Assembly: GCF_000189295.2 (NCBI RefSeq)
Contig: NC_016803.1
Location: forward strand, 1,800,001-1,832,000
DNA from: Pseudodesulfovibrio mercurii
GTDB lineage: Bacteria; Desulfobacterota; Desulfovibrionia; Desulfovibrionales; Desulfovibrionaceae
Length of the DNA: 32,000 nt
Direction of reading: 5' to 3'
The translations under genes and the position numbers were made by a program. The notes beneath the pieces are model-generated. The model worked only from the letters and a program-made list of their open reading frames with translations. It made no database searches and was not told where the DNA came from. Shown one piece after another: positions 1 to 6,758 of the stretch (positions are counted from its first letter, which is position 1; each line of letters begins with the position of its first letter).

Positions 1-2
1 GG

Positions 3-47
3 TGCGCGGCCTGCGGCCGGGCCATCGACGGCGTGGACCTCGGCTGA
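3..47 (+). CDS. 3' end of an upstream gene (partial), C-terminus ...CAACGRAIDGVDLG*
   Basis: Frame 3 has G/C at every third codon position up to the TGA at 45-47. A CxxC motif sits near the C-terminus. Only 14 codons are visible, so the product is unknown. Confidence 0.25.
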   Translation, partial: CAACGRAIDGVDLG

Positions 48-133
48 CCGGCTTGCAAACCGCCCGCTTTTTCAGTAGGTATGCACACCCTTGCGCGACC
101 GTCGCCCGAAGCGACGGACCGGGCCGGGAGATC

Positions 134-325
134 GAGGATTTCTCCCGGCAAGGCGCAAAAAAGCCCAGGACCGCCGCGTATCTCGATACGCAAGGGTCCG
201 GATTTTTTGCCGCAACGCAACCTTGTCAGATGGCTGAGGATTTTCCCTGGCAAGGTGCAAGAATGATTCAGGACCGCCGCGTATCTTAATACGCAAGGGT
301 CTGAATCATTCGCAGCAACGCAGCC
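134..325 (+). repeat. Two tandem copies (134-222 and 236-325, period 102 nt) of a ~90-nt hairpin-forming element
   Basis: Direct alignment shows shared blocks: gaggattt..ggcaagg, caggaccgccgcgtatct(cg/ta)atacgcaagggtc, and gc(c/a)gcaacgca(a/g)cc. The stem segment between the blocks differs between copies but stays self-complementary in each. Confidence 0.8.
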
Positions 326-349
326 AGGGGGAATCCTCAGCCATCTGAC
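225..349 (+). repeat. ~125-nt extended imperfect hairpin (structured RNA or MITE-like element) ending 2 nt before tRNA-Pro
   Basis: Outer arms 225-250 (gtcagatggctgaggattttccctgg) and 324-349 (ccagggggaatcctcagccatctgac) pair over 26 positions. The two non-Watson-Crick positions are T:G, which gives G-U wobbles only in a plus-strand RNA. An inner stem gaatgattca/tgaatcattc and an apical gcgtatc-tt-aatacgc hairpin lie inside. Confidence 0.6.
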
Positions 350-351
350 GA

Positions 352-428
352 CGGGGCGTGGCGCAGACTGGTAGCGCGCCTGCTTTGGGAGCAGGATGCC
401 GGGGGTTCAAATCCCTTCGCCCCGACCA
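352..428 (+). tRNA. tRNA-Pro (anticodon UGG)
   Basis: Cloverleaf read by hand. Acceptor CGGGGCG/CGCCCCG; D arm GCGC-AGACTGGTA-GCGC; anticodon stem CCTGC/GCAGG with loop TTTGGGA (anticodon TGG); T loop TTCAAAT; discriminator A and an encoded CCA. Length is 77 nt. Confidence 0.93.
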
Positions 429-436
429 GCCACATT

Positions 437-465
437 AGGCCTCGGACTCCGGTCCGGGGCCTTTT
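437..465 (+). terminator. Rho-independent terminator after tRNA-Pro
   Basis: Hairpin AGGCC-T-CGGAC-TCCG-GTCCG-G-GGCCT followed by TTT(T). Confidence 0.6.
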
Positions 466-614
466 GGATCCGAAACTTGCCTTTCCACCCGGTTCCGACC
501 TATCCTAAGGCGGTGAATCCCCTTCAATTGCAGGGGAAGGAACGGGAATAACGGAAAACGGACAACGCCCGGGCGACCATTGCCGCCGGACGCGATTCCG
601 GGCACGGAGGCCGC

Positions 615-1028
615 ATGCACCAGATAGAATGGCATGATTCCCACTCGGTGGGCGTCCCGTCCATCGACGAACAGCACAAACGGCTCGTGGCCCTGACCAA
701 CCGCCTCTTCCTGGCCATCATGGACGAAACCGGGGAAACCGCCCTGGGCGACGTCCTGGACGAACTGGCCGACTACGCCGTGTACCACTTCACCCATGAG
801 GAGGGACTCCTCCACCTGCACGGCTACCCCGACGAACTCCTGACCGAGCACCGGGCCGAGCACGCGGCCCTGACCGACCAGGTTCACGAGTATATCGAGC
901 GCTACCGGGAAGACCCCGCCTGCCTGGACCTGTCGGTCTACGTCTTCCTGCGCGACTGGACCACCGAGCACATGAGCCGGTCCGACTCCAAATACTCGGA
1001 ATTTCTCCAGGCGCGCGCCGCCGAATAA
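615..1028 (+). CDS. Bacteriohemerythrin (hemerythrin-like metal-binding domain protein)
   Basis: N-terminus IEWHDSHSVGVPSIDEQHKRL is followed by H..F..EE, H...H and L.DW...H....D iron-ligand spacing. GGAGG lies 4 nt upstream of the ATG. Confidence 0.85.
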   Translation: MHQIEWHDSHSVGVPSIDEQHKRLVALTNRLFLAIMDETGETALGDVLDELADYAVYHFTHEEGLLHLHGYPDELLTEHRAEHAALTDQVHEYIERYREDPACLDLSVYVFLRDWTTEHMSRSDSKYSEFLQARAAE

Positions 1029-1126
1029 CCCCCGCCGCCCGGCCGGTTCCCCCCTTCTCCGCCCCCTGACCGGGCCTCGTCGCCCGTGTCCATCCGATGA
1101 CGATTACGCACATGTTCAGAAATTGC

Positions 1127-1154
1127 TTGATCTTCGCATAACAGTACCTATTAT
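1127..1154 (+). promoter_or_regulatory. Putative sigma70-type promoter (TTGATC-N16-TATTAT) for the peroxiredoxin operon
   Basis: Hexamers at 1127-1132 and 1149-1154 lie in a local AT-rich patch upstream of the gene. Read by eye only. Confidence 0.3.
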
Positions 1155-1313
1155 TGAATCCATCAATCCTACGAGGTTGACCAATTACTGAACAAGGAGG
1201 CAATCATGCCTGAAATCCAGGATCCCTCGTGCGAACGGCCCGCGCCCAAGGTGGCGGCGCCCCCGGCCGAGGAACAGGCCCCGACCCCAACCAGCAAACC
1301 CAAAGGAGGCGTC

Positions 1314-1925
1314 ATGATCCGCGTCGGCCAGAAGGCCCCCGACTTCACCGCTCCCGCCTATATCGACGGTCAGTTCGGTTCCGTAACCCTGTCCGAGTAC
1401 CTCGGCAAATGGGTGGTTCTGTGCTTCTATCCCGGTGACTTCACCTTCGTCTGAGCGACCGAGGTTTCCGCGGTCGCGGAAAAGAACGACGAATTCGAAA
1501 AGCTCGGCGTCCAGGTCCTGTCCATGTCCACGGACTCCATGTTCGTGCACAAGATGTGGGTGGACCACGAACTTTCCAAGATGGTCTCCTCGGGCAGGGT
1601 GCCCTTCCCCATGCTGTCCGACGGCGGCGGCGCGGTGGGCACGCAGTACGGCATCTACGACGAGGCGGGCGGCGTGGACGTGCGCGGCCGCTTCCTCATC
1701 GACCCGGACGGCGTGATCCAGGCCTTCGAGGTCCTGACCCCGCCCGTGGGCCGCAACGTCAGCGAGACCCTGCGCCAGATCCAGGCCTTCCAGCTGGTGC
1801 GCGAGTCCAAGGGCACCAAGGCCACGCCCTCGGGCTGGAAGCCCGGCAAGCCCGTGCTCAACCCCGGCCCGTCCCTGGTGGGCAAAGTCTGGGAGGCGTG
1901 GAAGGTCTCCATGGCCTTCGACTAA
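1314..1925 (+). CDS. prxU: Selenocysteine-containing AhpC/Prx1-type peroxiredoxin (TGA 1452-1454 read as Sec; alternative in-frame start at 1206)
   Basis: ORFs 1206-1454 and 1524-1925 are in the same frame (all coordinates are 0 mod 3). The TGA falls exactly where the FYPxDFTFVCPTE motif carries the peroxidatic Cys ([16 protein letters not shown]). AAGGAGG lies 5 nt upstream of ATG 1314, which places Sec at residue 47. The usual resolving VCP is replaced by ATPSGW. Confidence 0.85.
1455..1477 (+). promoter_or_regulatory. SECIS-like hairpin immediately 3' of the in-frame UGA
   Basis: GCGACCG-AGGTTTCCG-CGGTCGC: a perfect 7-bp stem starting at the first nucleotide after the TGA, with GGU in the apical region. 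Confidence 0.6.
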
Positions 1926-2011
1926 ACGACGCCCGATTGACGCAACGCGGGCCCTCCGGCTACGGTCGGGGGGCCTGTTCTTTTGGGGGTCCACCAACAC
2001 AAGGAGCCATC

Positions 2012-2353
2012 ATGTACTGTCTCTACGCATTCAACGGCGAGCTCATGTGCTTCGTCCACGTCCTGCTCAACGCGCTCGACATGAAGGAAAAGGGCAAGGA
2101 GGCGATCATCGTCTTCGAGGGCATGGCCGTGAAACTCGTGCCGGAACTGGAAAAGGCGGACAACCCGTTCCACGCCCTGTACCAAAAGGCCAGGAAAGCG
2201 GGCCTGATCGCCGGGGCCTGCAAGGCCTGCTCGGCCAAGCTCGGCGTGCTCGACGCGGTGGAAAAGGCGGGGCTGCCCCTGCTCGCCGACATGTCCGGCC
2301 ACCCGTCCATGGCCGCCTACATGGACAAGGGCTACACCATCCTGACCTTCTAG
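2012..2353 (+). CDS. DsrE/DsrF-like family protein (small CxxC protein)
   Basis: 113 aa with AAGGAG 5 nt upstream of the ATG. The GACKACSAKLG...GHPSM...GYTILTF pattern recalls small DsrE-like proteins. The family assignment is from memory and not verified. Confidence 0.55.
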   Translation: MYCLYAFNGELMCFVHVLLNALDMKEKGKEAIIVFEGMAVKLVPELEKADNPFHALYQKARKAGLIAGACKACSAKLGVLDAVEKAGLPLLADMSGHPSMAAYMDKGYTILTF

Positions 2354-2363
2354 CCGCCTCAAA

Positions 2364-2416
2364 CGCGTGCGCGGCGCGACCCGCCGCGCACGCGAGGGGA
2401 CCCACCGCGTTTTTTT
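2364..2416 (+). terminator. Terminator-like GC hairpin plus downstream T7 tract
   Basis: Perfect 12-bp stem cgcgtgcgcggc/gccgcgcacgcg (2364-2375 / 2383-2394). The T7 run at 2410-2416 is 15 nt from the stem, which is non-canonical spacing. Confidence 0.45.
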
Positions 2417-2700
2417 CGGCGTTTCCCGGGGAAAACCCATAAAATATTCACCGATTCGCCAAAAATATCGAATTTCACCCGGCAAAACCGGGTTTCCGAA
2501 GTGGACATCCCCGAAATTTTGGCTTAAGCCTTTTTTCGCTTTTACAGCGAAATCCGTTCGCGGACCAAGGGAAGGGACACCCGCAAGGGGGGTCCCATTC
2601 TCTTTTCCACTCCGGGGCACGACGGGTCCGCCCGTCCCGACGCCCGCAGCGGAACCGCGCGCAGGCCGCGCGGCACACGTCAACACAACGCAGGTGAAAT

Positions 2701-4185
2701 ATGGCTCAACGTGAACAATGGGGCTCCCGCGTCGGCTTCGTGCTGGCCGCGGTCGGGTCCGCCATCGGTCTGGGGAACATCTGGCGCTTCCCCTACATGG
2801 CCTACGAGAACGGCGGCGGCGCCTTTCTCATCCCGTACATCTTCGCCCTGCTGACCGCAGGCATCCCCTTCATGATCCTGGAATTCGGCATGGGCCAGAA
2901 ATACCGGGGCTCCGCGCCCAAGGTCTTCCGCGCCCTGGGCGAAAAATGGGAGTGGATCGGCTGGATGCAAGTCGTCGTGGCCCTGATCATCTCCATCTAC
3001 TACGTGGCCGTCATCGGCTGGACCATCAACTACACCGGGTTCGCCCTGAACCTGTCCTGGGGGGCCGATCCCAAGGCATTCTTCTTCGGCGACTACCTGG
3101 GCCTGAGCGACGCGCCCCTGCACCTGGGCTCCATCCGCTGGCCCATCCTGGCCGCCTGCACCCTGGCCTGGGGCATCACCTGGCTGGCCATCACCTCGGG
3201 CGTGCGCAAGGGCATCGAACGGGCCTGCAAGATACTCATCCCCCTGCTCTTCATCCTGGTCATCGCGCTCATCGCCCGGGTGGTCAACCTGCCCGGCGCC
3301 ATCACCGGCCTGAACTACCTGTTCCACCCCGACTTCTCCAAACTGGCCGACTTCTCGGTCTGGGCCGACGCCTACGGCCAGATCTTCTTCTCCCTGTCCA
3401 TCGGCTTCTCCATCATGCTGGCCTACTCCAGCTACCTGCCCGAGGACTCGGACATCAGCAACAACGCGGCCATGACCGTGTTCATCAACTGCGGCTTCTC
3501 CCTGCTCGCGGGCATCATGATCTTCTCCGTGCTCGGCAACATGGCCCATGCCACAGGGCAGGAAGTGTCCGACGTGGCCGGAGCGGGCGTGGGCCTGGCC
3601 TTCATCACCATCCCCGCGGCCATCAACACCATGCCCGCGCCCGTGTTCGTGGGCACCCTGTTCTTCCTCTGCCTGACCATGGCCGGGGTCAGTTCGCACA
3701 TCTCCATCGTCGAGGCCGTCAGCTCGTCGTTCATCGACAAGTTCGGCATGGACCGCAAACGGACCGCCACCCTGGTCTGCGGCTTCGGCTACCTCATGAC
3801 CGTCGCCTTCACCACCGGCGGCGGACTGCTCATCCTCGACATCGTGGACCACTTCATCAACAACCTGTGCATCCTGGGCCTGGCCCTCGTGGAAATCGTC
3901 CTCATGAGCTATATCGTCGGCCTGGACGATCTCAACGCACACGTCAACGCGGTCTCCGACTTCAAGGTCGGCACCGCCTGGCGGCTCTGCCTCAAGCTCG
4001 TCACCGTGGCCGTGCTCGGCTATACCTTCGTCATGAACATCGTCACCGACCTGGGCACCCCCTACGGCGGCTACGCGCAATCCGACCTCGCCCTGCTCGG
4101 CTGGTCCCTGCTGCCCGTGGCCTTCGTCCTCGCCCTGGCCCTGAGCCGACGGGAAGCCGCCTACGGCTTCGCCCGCCAACACTAA
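2701..4185 (+). CDS. Sodium-dependent transporter, NSS/SNF family (MetP-like large subunit)
   Basis: Contains the signature WGSRVGFVLAAVGSAIGLGNIWRFPY..ENGGGAFLIPY. It is a 494-aa polytopic membrane protein. Confidence 0.93.
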   Translation: MAQREQWGSRVGFVLAAVGSAIGLGNIWRFPYMAYENGGGAFLIPYIFALLTAGIPFMILEFGMGQKYRGSAPKVFRALGEKWEWIGWMQVVVALIISIYYVAVIGWTINYTGFALNLSWGADPKAFFFGDYLGLSDAPLHLGSIRWPILAACTLAWGITWLAITSGVRKGIERACKILIPLLFILVIALIARVVNLPGAITGLNYLFHPDFSKLADFSVWADAYGQIFFSLSIGFSIMLAYSSYLPEDSDISNNAAMTVFINCGFSLLAGIMIFSVLGNMAHATGQEVSDVAGAGVGLAFITIPAAINTMPAPVFVGTLFFLCLTMAGVSSHISIVEAVSSSFIDKFGMDRKRTATLVCGFGYLMTVAFTTGGGLLILDIVDHFINNLCILGLALVEIVLMSYIVGLDDLNAHVNAVSDFKVGTAWRLCLKLVTVAVLGYTFVMNIVTDLGTPYGGYAQSDLALLGWSLLPVAFVLALALSRREAAYGFARQH

Positions 4186-4195
4186 GGAGCAGACC

Positions 4196-4297
4196 ATGTC
4201 CGTACCCGCTATCATCATGATGCTCGTCGGCCTCGGCGTCACCTGGGGCGGCGCAGCCTACTGCATCCGCCTGGCCATCAGACGGAACCGACAGTAA
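4196..4297 (+). CDS. MetS-like small subunit of the NSS importer (33 aa, absent from the ORF track)
   Basis: AAGGAG at 4184-4189 precedes ATG 4196. Translation is MSVPAIIMMLVGLGVTWGGAAYCIRLAIRRNRQ*, a single TM segment with a WGG motif and a basic tail, located directly after the NSS gene. Confidence 0.65.
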   Translation: MSVPAIIMMLVGLGVTWGGAAYCIRLAIRRNRQ

Positions 4298-4310
4298 CCG
4301 ACGCAAACGA

Positions 4311-4344
4311 AAAGGGGCGCTCCTCGCGGAGCGCCCCTTTTTTT
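4311..4344 (+). terminator. Rho-independent terminator of the NSS operon
   Basis: Stem ggggcgctcc (4314-4323), loop tcgc, stem ggagcgcccc (4328-4337), then T7. An A-run lies upstream. Confidence 0.85.
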
Positions 4345-4381
4345 GTCCCCTTCCCCCCTGGACCCCCCAACCCCTCTCTCT

Positions 4382-4549
4382 CCCTCCTAAACTTTTTGTC
4401 GCCGCTTCGCGGAGTGTGCGGCATGGCGAAAAGGCCTACTTCTTTTCCCCACATCCCACCCCTCCGACATCCCGCGTCCGCACGGCCCTGCCGAAGGCAC
4501 ACAAAAAGTTTGGGAGGGTCCAGGGAACCCTTTTCAAAGGGTTCCCTGG
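4382..4549. repeat. Nested inverted repeats in a convergent intergenic region
   Basis: ccctcctaaactttttgt (4382-4399) pairs with acaaaaagtttgggaggg (4501-4518) at 17 of 18 positions. There is also a perfect 13-bp hairpin ccagggaaccctt-ttca-aagggttccctgg (4520-4549). Confidence 0.6.
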
Positions 4550-4592
4550 TCTCCCCGAAGGGGCCGCCGGAGGCCCCGTGCGGGCCGGTCGT

Positions 4593-5117
4593 CTACAGTC
4601 CCTTTTTCTCGAAGAACCGGAAGAGCAGGACGGCTCCGACGGCCAGGACGATGACGGGAATCCAGTGGTTGACGCCGAGCAGGGAGCCCCAGGTGAGCTT
4701 GCCGTAGTCGCCCCAGGCGAGAACCGAGGTCTTCATGGCCGGGTAGGCTTCGGCGTACAGGGCGGCGCCGAACCAGCCGCCGAGGATGCCCCAGAGGCCG
4801 TCGAAGCGTCCTTCGCCGAACGCACCCCATGCGGTACCTGGACAATAGCCGAGCATGGCCCAGCCGACACCGAATAGCGTGCCGCCCACGAGCTGCGCAC
4901 CAAGAGAAGTGGGTTTGACTTCCAGGGAGAGCATGCCGAGGTCGAGAAAGAGATGGATGAGGATGGCCGCGACCACGATGGCCGAGAACATGAACTTGAC
5001 GATGGTCATGTCCTTGAAGAGGAGCGCGCCGAGCTGTTTGTCGAAGCGCAGGACGCGGGCGCGTTGCAGGAGCACGCCGAAAAGGACGCCGGTGAAGAGG
5101 CCGAATGCGAGCGTCAT
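4593..5117 (-). CDS. YeeE/YedE (sulfur-transport domain) family membrane protein, second half-size subunit
   Basis: MTLAFGLFTGVLFG...GYCPGTAWG motif. The ATG lies 1 nt after the upstream TAG, and a GGAGGG Shine-Dalgarno sits inside the upstream gene end. Confidence 0.8.
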   Translation of the reverse strand: MTLAFGLFTGVLFGVLLQRARVLRFDKQLGALLFKDMTIVKFMFSAIVVAAILIHLFLDLGMLSLEVKPTSLGAQLVGGTLFGVGWAMLGYCPGTAWGAFGEGRFDGLWGILGGWFGAALYAEAYPAMKTSVLAWGDYGKLTWGSLLGVNHWIPVIVLAVGAVLLFRFFEKKGL

Positions 5118-5118
5118 G

Positions 5119-5640
5119 CTATTTCCCTCCGTAGAGCAGCCGGGCGGCAACGGCCCCGCCCGCGAAGAAGGCGATCATGGCCAGGGTGCCGCTGATGGTC
5201 AGCTGGGCCATGCCGGACAGGCCGTGCCCGCTGGGGCAGCCTCCGGCCATGCGTGCGCCGAACAGGGCGACGGTGCCGCCGACGAAGGCGAGAACGAAGC
5301 GCAGTCCGGGCCGCGCGCCGTAGCGGGCCTGCCATCTGTCGGGCAGGGAGTTCCAGGCGTAGGAGCCCGAGAAGTTGGCGGACAGGTAGGAGCCGAAAAA
5401 GATGCCGAGGACGAACAGCCACTGCCAGTCGATACCGTTGTTCTTGCCGAAATACTTCATGAAATAGTCCGTGGCCTGGACGTGCTGCGGGGCCAGGGTC
5501 ATTTCGACCAGACCCACGGAGCGGACATAGGAGGTGGACGCGCCGAAGTACTTGCCCACCAGGAGCACGGACAGGGCCAGGAGCACACCGGTCAGCGCCC
5601 CGGCCAGATACGGATTCATGCCTTTATCGATAGTTTTCAT
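5119..5640 (-). CDS. YeeE/YedE (sulfur-transport domain) family membrane protein, first half-size subunit
   Basis: GARMAGGCPSGHG motif. The ATG at 5640 is preceded by AAAGGAGGG. The track start at 5664 is a TTG with no Shine-Dalgarno. Confidence 0.8.
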   Translation of the reverse strand: MKTIDKGMNPYLAGALTGVLLALSVLLVGKYFGASTSYVRSVGLVEMTLAPQHVQATDYFMKYFGKNNGIDWQWLFVLGIFFGSYLSANFSGSYAWNSLPDRWQARYGARPGLRFVLAFVGGTVALFGARMAGGCPSGHGLSGMAQLTISGTLAMIAFFAGGAVAARLLYGGK

Positions 5641-5818
5641 GGGACCCTCCTTTGGGGATTTCAAAGGGGAATAATACAGATTCGGCGGAAAATGAAAAGA
5701 AGACTACCGTCCGGGGCGGGAATACGCGAAATCGTCACATCCCCCCTGTTTGCGGAGGGTTGGGGAAAGGAGTGTTGACAAGCGGTCCGGGGGGTTGGTA
5801 TTTGTGAGATCTGCTCTG

Positions 5819-5839
5819 GCACGAAAGGTCCTTTCGTGC
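5819..5839. promoter_or_regulatory. Perfect 21-bp palindrome GCACGAAAGG-T-CCTTTCGTGC (operator or 5' hairpin) in a divergent promoter region
   Basis: Exact 10+1+10 inverted repeat, located about 15 nt downstream of a TTGACA-N18-TATTTG promoter-like pair (5775-5804). Confidence 0.4.
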
Positions 5840-5894
5840 ATCTAGCCCGATACCCTTTCGCTTCCGGATTCCGTCATGGCGCGCCGCGTCGCCC

Positions 5895-6758
5895 ATGGAG
5901 AAGGTCATGTTCCTGAAGCGTTATCTCCTTGCCCTGGCCGGGTATTACCTGCCCTGCGTTTTGCTTGCGCGGTGGGCGGACAGGCTCGACGTCCAGGCCG
6001 GTGTCCAGGCCGCACTGGCCCTGCTCTTTGCGGTCATGAGCCTGCACCTGGTGCTTTTCCGGCCGCAGGGCCGGTTCGCCTTCGTGTCAAGGGCGCGCCG
6101 GGGCATGCGCTGGGTCCTGTACCTGGTCCTGTACATCGGGCTGGTGCTCATGCCCGTGCTGCAGCTGCTCCAGGCCGGATCGAGCCTGTACCTCCTGCCC
6201 CTGGCCATGCCGGTCCTGATCTTTCTGGGCATGCTCCATGCGCCGGGGAAGCGGTCCGAACCGGGCGAGGTGAGGCGTCCGCCGGACGCGGAAGGCCCGG
6301 GACTGTGGCTGCCCTTCATCGGCCTGTACATGGGCGCGCCCTACGCCGGATGGCTGCTGATGACCATGCTGGTCCGGCCCAGGTACATGAACATGGCCCT
6401 GATCCTGCTTTTCCTGGCCAAGGTCTGCCTGGGGTTGTGGATACTCCACTGGCTGACCGTGTCCCGGCCGGGCGTCCGGTACGCCGACCTGCCCAAGGGG
6501 GCGCGGCGGAAACGGTTCTGGATTCACGCGGCATTGTACCTGAACGTGATCTTCGTCCTGCCCCGCGTCCTGGAATTTTCGTTCGGCAAGGCCATGCCCC
6601 TGGACGCCCTGCTCATCGCCCCGCTCCTGGCCTCGGCCGCCTGCGGCCCCGGCGGCTTCAAGGCCGTGTTCTCCAGGCGTCCCGCCGAACCGGCCCCTCC
6701 CGTGGAAACCGGAGACGAACGCGTGCAGCGCCGCATGCGCAACATCCAGGCCCAATAA
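5895..6758 (+). CDS. Hypothetical polytopic membrane protein
   Basis: Long ORF with coding-like GC3 bias and several hydrophobic segments. I recognise no family. The start could instead be 5907. Confidence 0.5.
   Translation: MEKVMFLKRYLLALAGYYLPCVLLARWADRLDVQAGVQAALALLFAVMSLHLVLFRPQGRFAFVSRARRGMRWVLYLVLYIGLVLMPVLQLLQAGSSLYLLPLAMPVLIFLGMLHAPGKRSEPGEVRRPPDAEGPGLWLPFIGLYMGAPYAGWLLMTMLVRPRYMNMALILLFLAKVCLGLWILHWLTVSRPGVRYADLPKGARRKRFWIHAALYLNVIFVLPRVLEFSFGKAMPLDALLIAPLLASAACGPGGFKAVFSRRPAEPAPPVETGDERVQRRMRNIQAQ

Noticed and set aside
2-296. ORFs 2-289(+), 81-266(+) and 72-296(-) in the first 300 nt.
   Set aside because: They run through the tandem hairpin repeats, have no Shine-Dalgarno, and give Arg/Pro-rich translations. 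The region is better explained as structured non-coding DNA/RNA.
134-325. Whether the tandem repeats are a CRISPR array.
   Set aside because: There are only two copies of about 90 nt with a 12-nt gap. The units are far longer than CRISPR repeats, there is no spacer architecture, and no cas genes are in the window.
225-349. Whether the long hairpin is SRP (4.5S) RNA or 6S RNA.
   Set aside because: Short similarities (gcaacgc, caagg) to 4.5S RNA exist. The conserved domain IV GGAA tetraloop and symmetric-loop motifs are absent, and the length and bubble architecture do not fit 6S RNA.
1206-1925. Peroxiredoxin as a pseudogene or nonsense-disrupted gene.
   Set aside because: Both halves are in the same frame with intact motifs. 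The single stop is a TGA exactly at the catalytic Cys codon and is followed by a hairpin. Selenocysteine recoding is the more parsimonious reading.
2417-2700. Riboswitch (glycine, SAM or other) in the ~280-nt leader of the NSS/MetS-like operon.
   Set aside because: Several small hairpins are present (cccgg-caaaa-ccggg, ggcttaagcc+T6, gggac...gtccc). I could not find the conserved cores of the glycine, SAM-I/II or SAH riboswitches by eye. An Rfam scan is needed before any claim.
2680-4242. Very long ORFs antisense to, or out of frame with, real genes. Examples: 2680-4242(-), 2718-4220(+), 9737-11071(-), 13263-14861(+), 21157-22971(-), 24670-26121(-), 26079-27803(-), 30324-31844(-).
   Set aside because: Their translations are low-complexity and rich in G/A/R/P/D/H, which is typical of stop-codon-poor alternative frames in high-GC DNA. 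Each overlaps a gene with clear family motifs in another frame.
5817-5832. Sigma54 promoter suggested by TGGCAC.
   Set aside because: No TTGC(A/T) -12 element lies at the required 5-nt spacing (the sequence is TGGCACGAAAGGTCC). The TGGCAC is part of the 21-bp palindrome.
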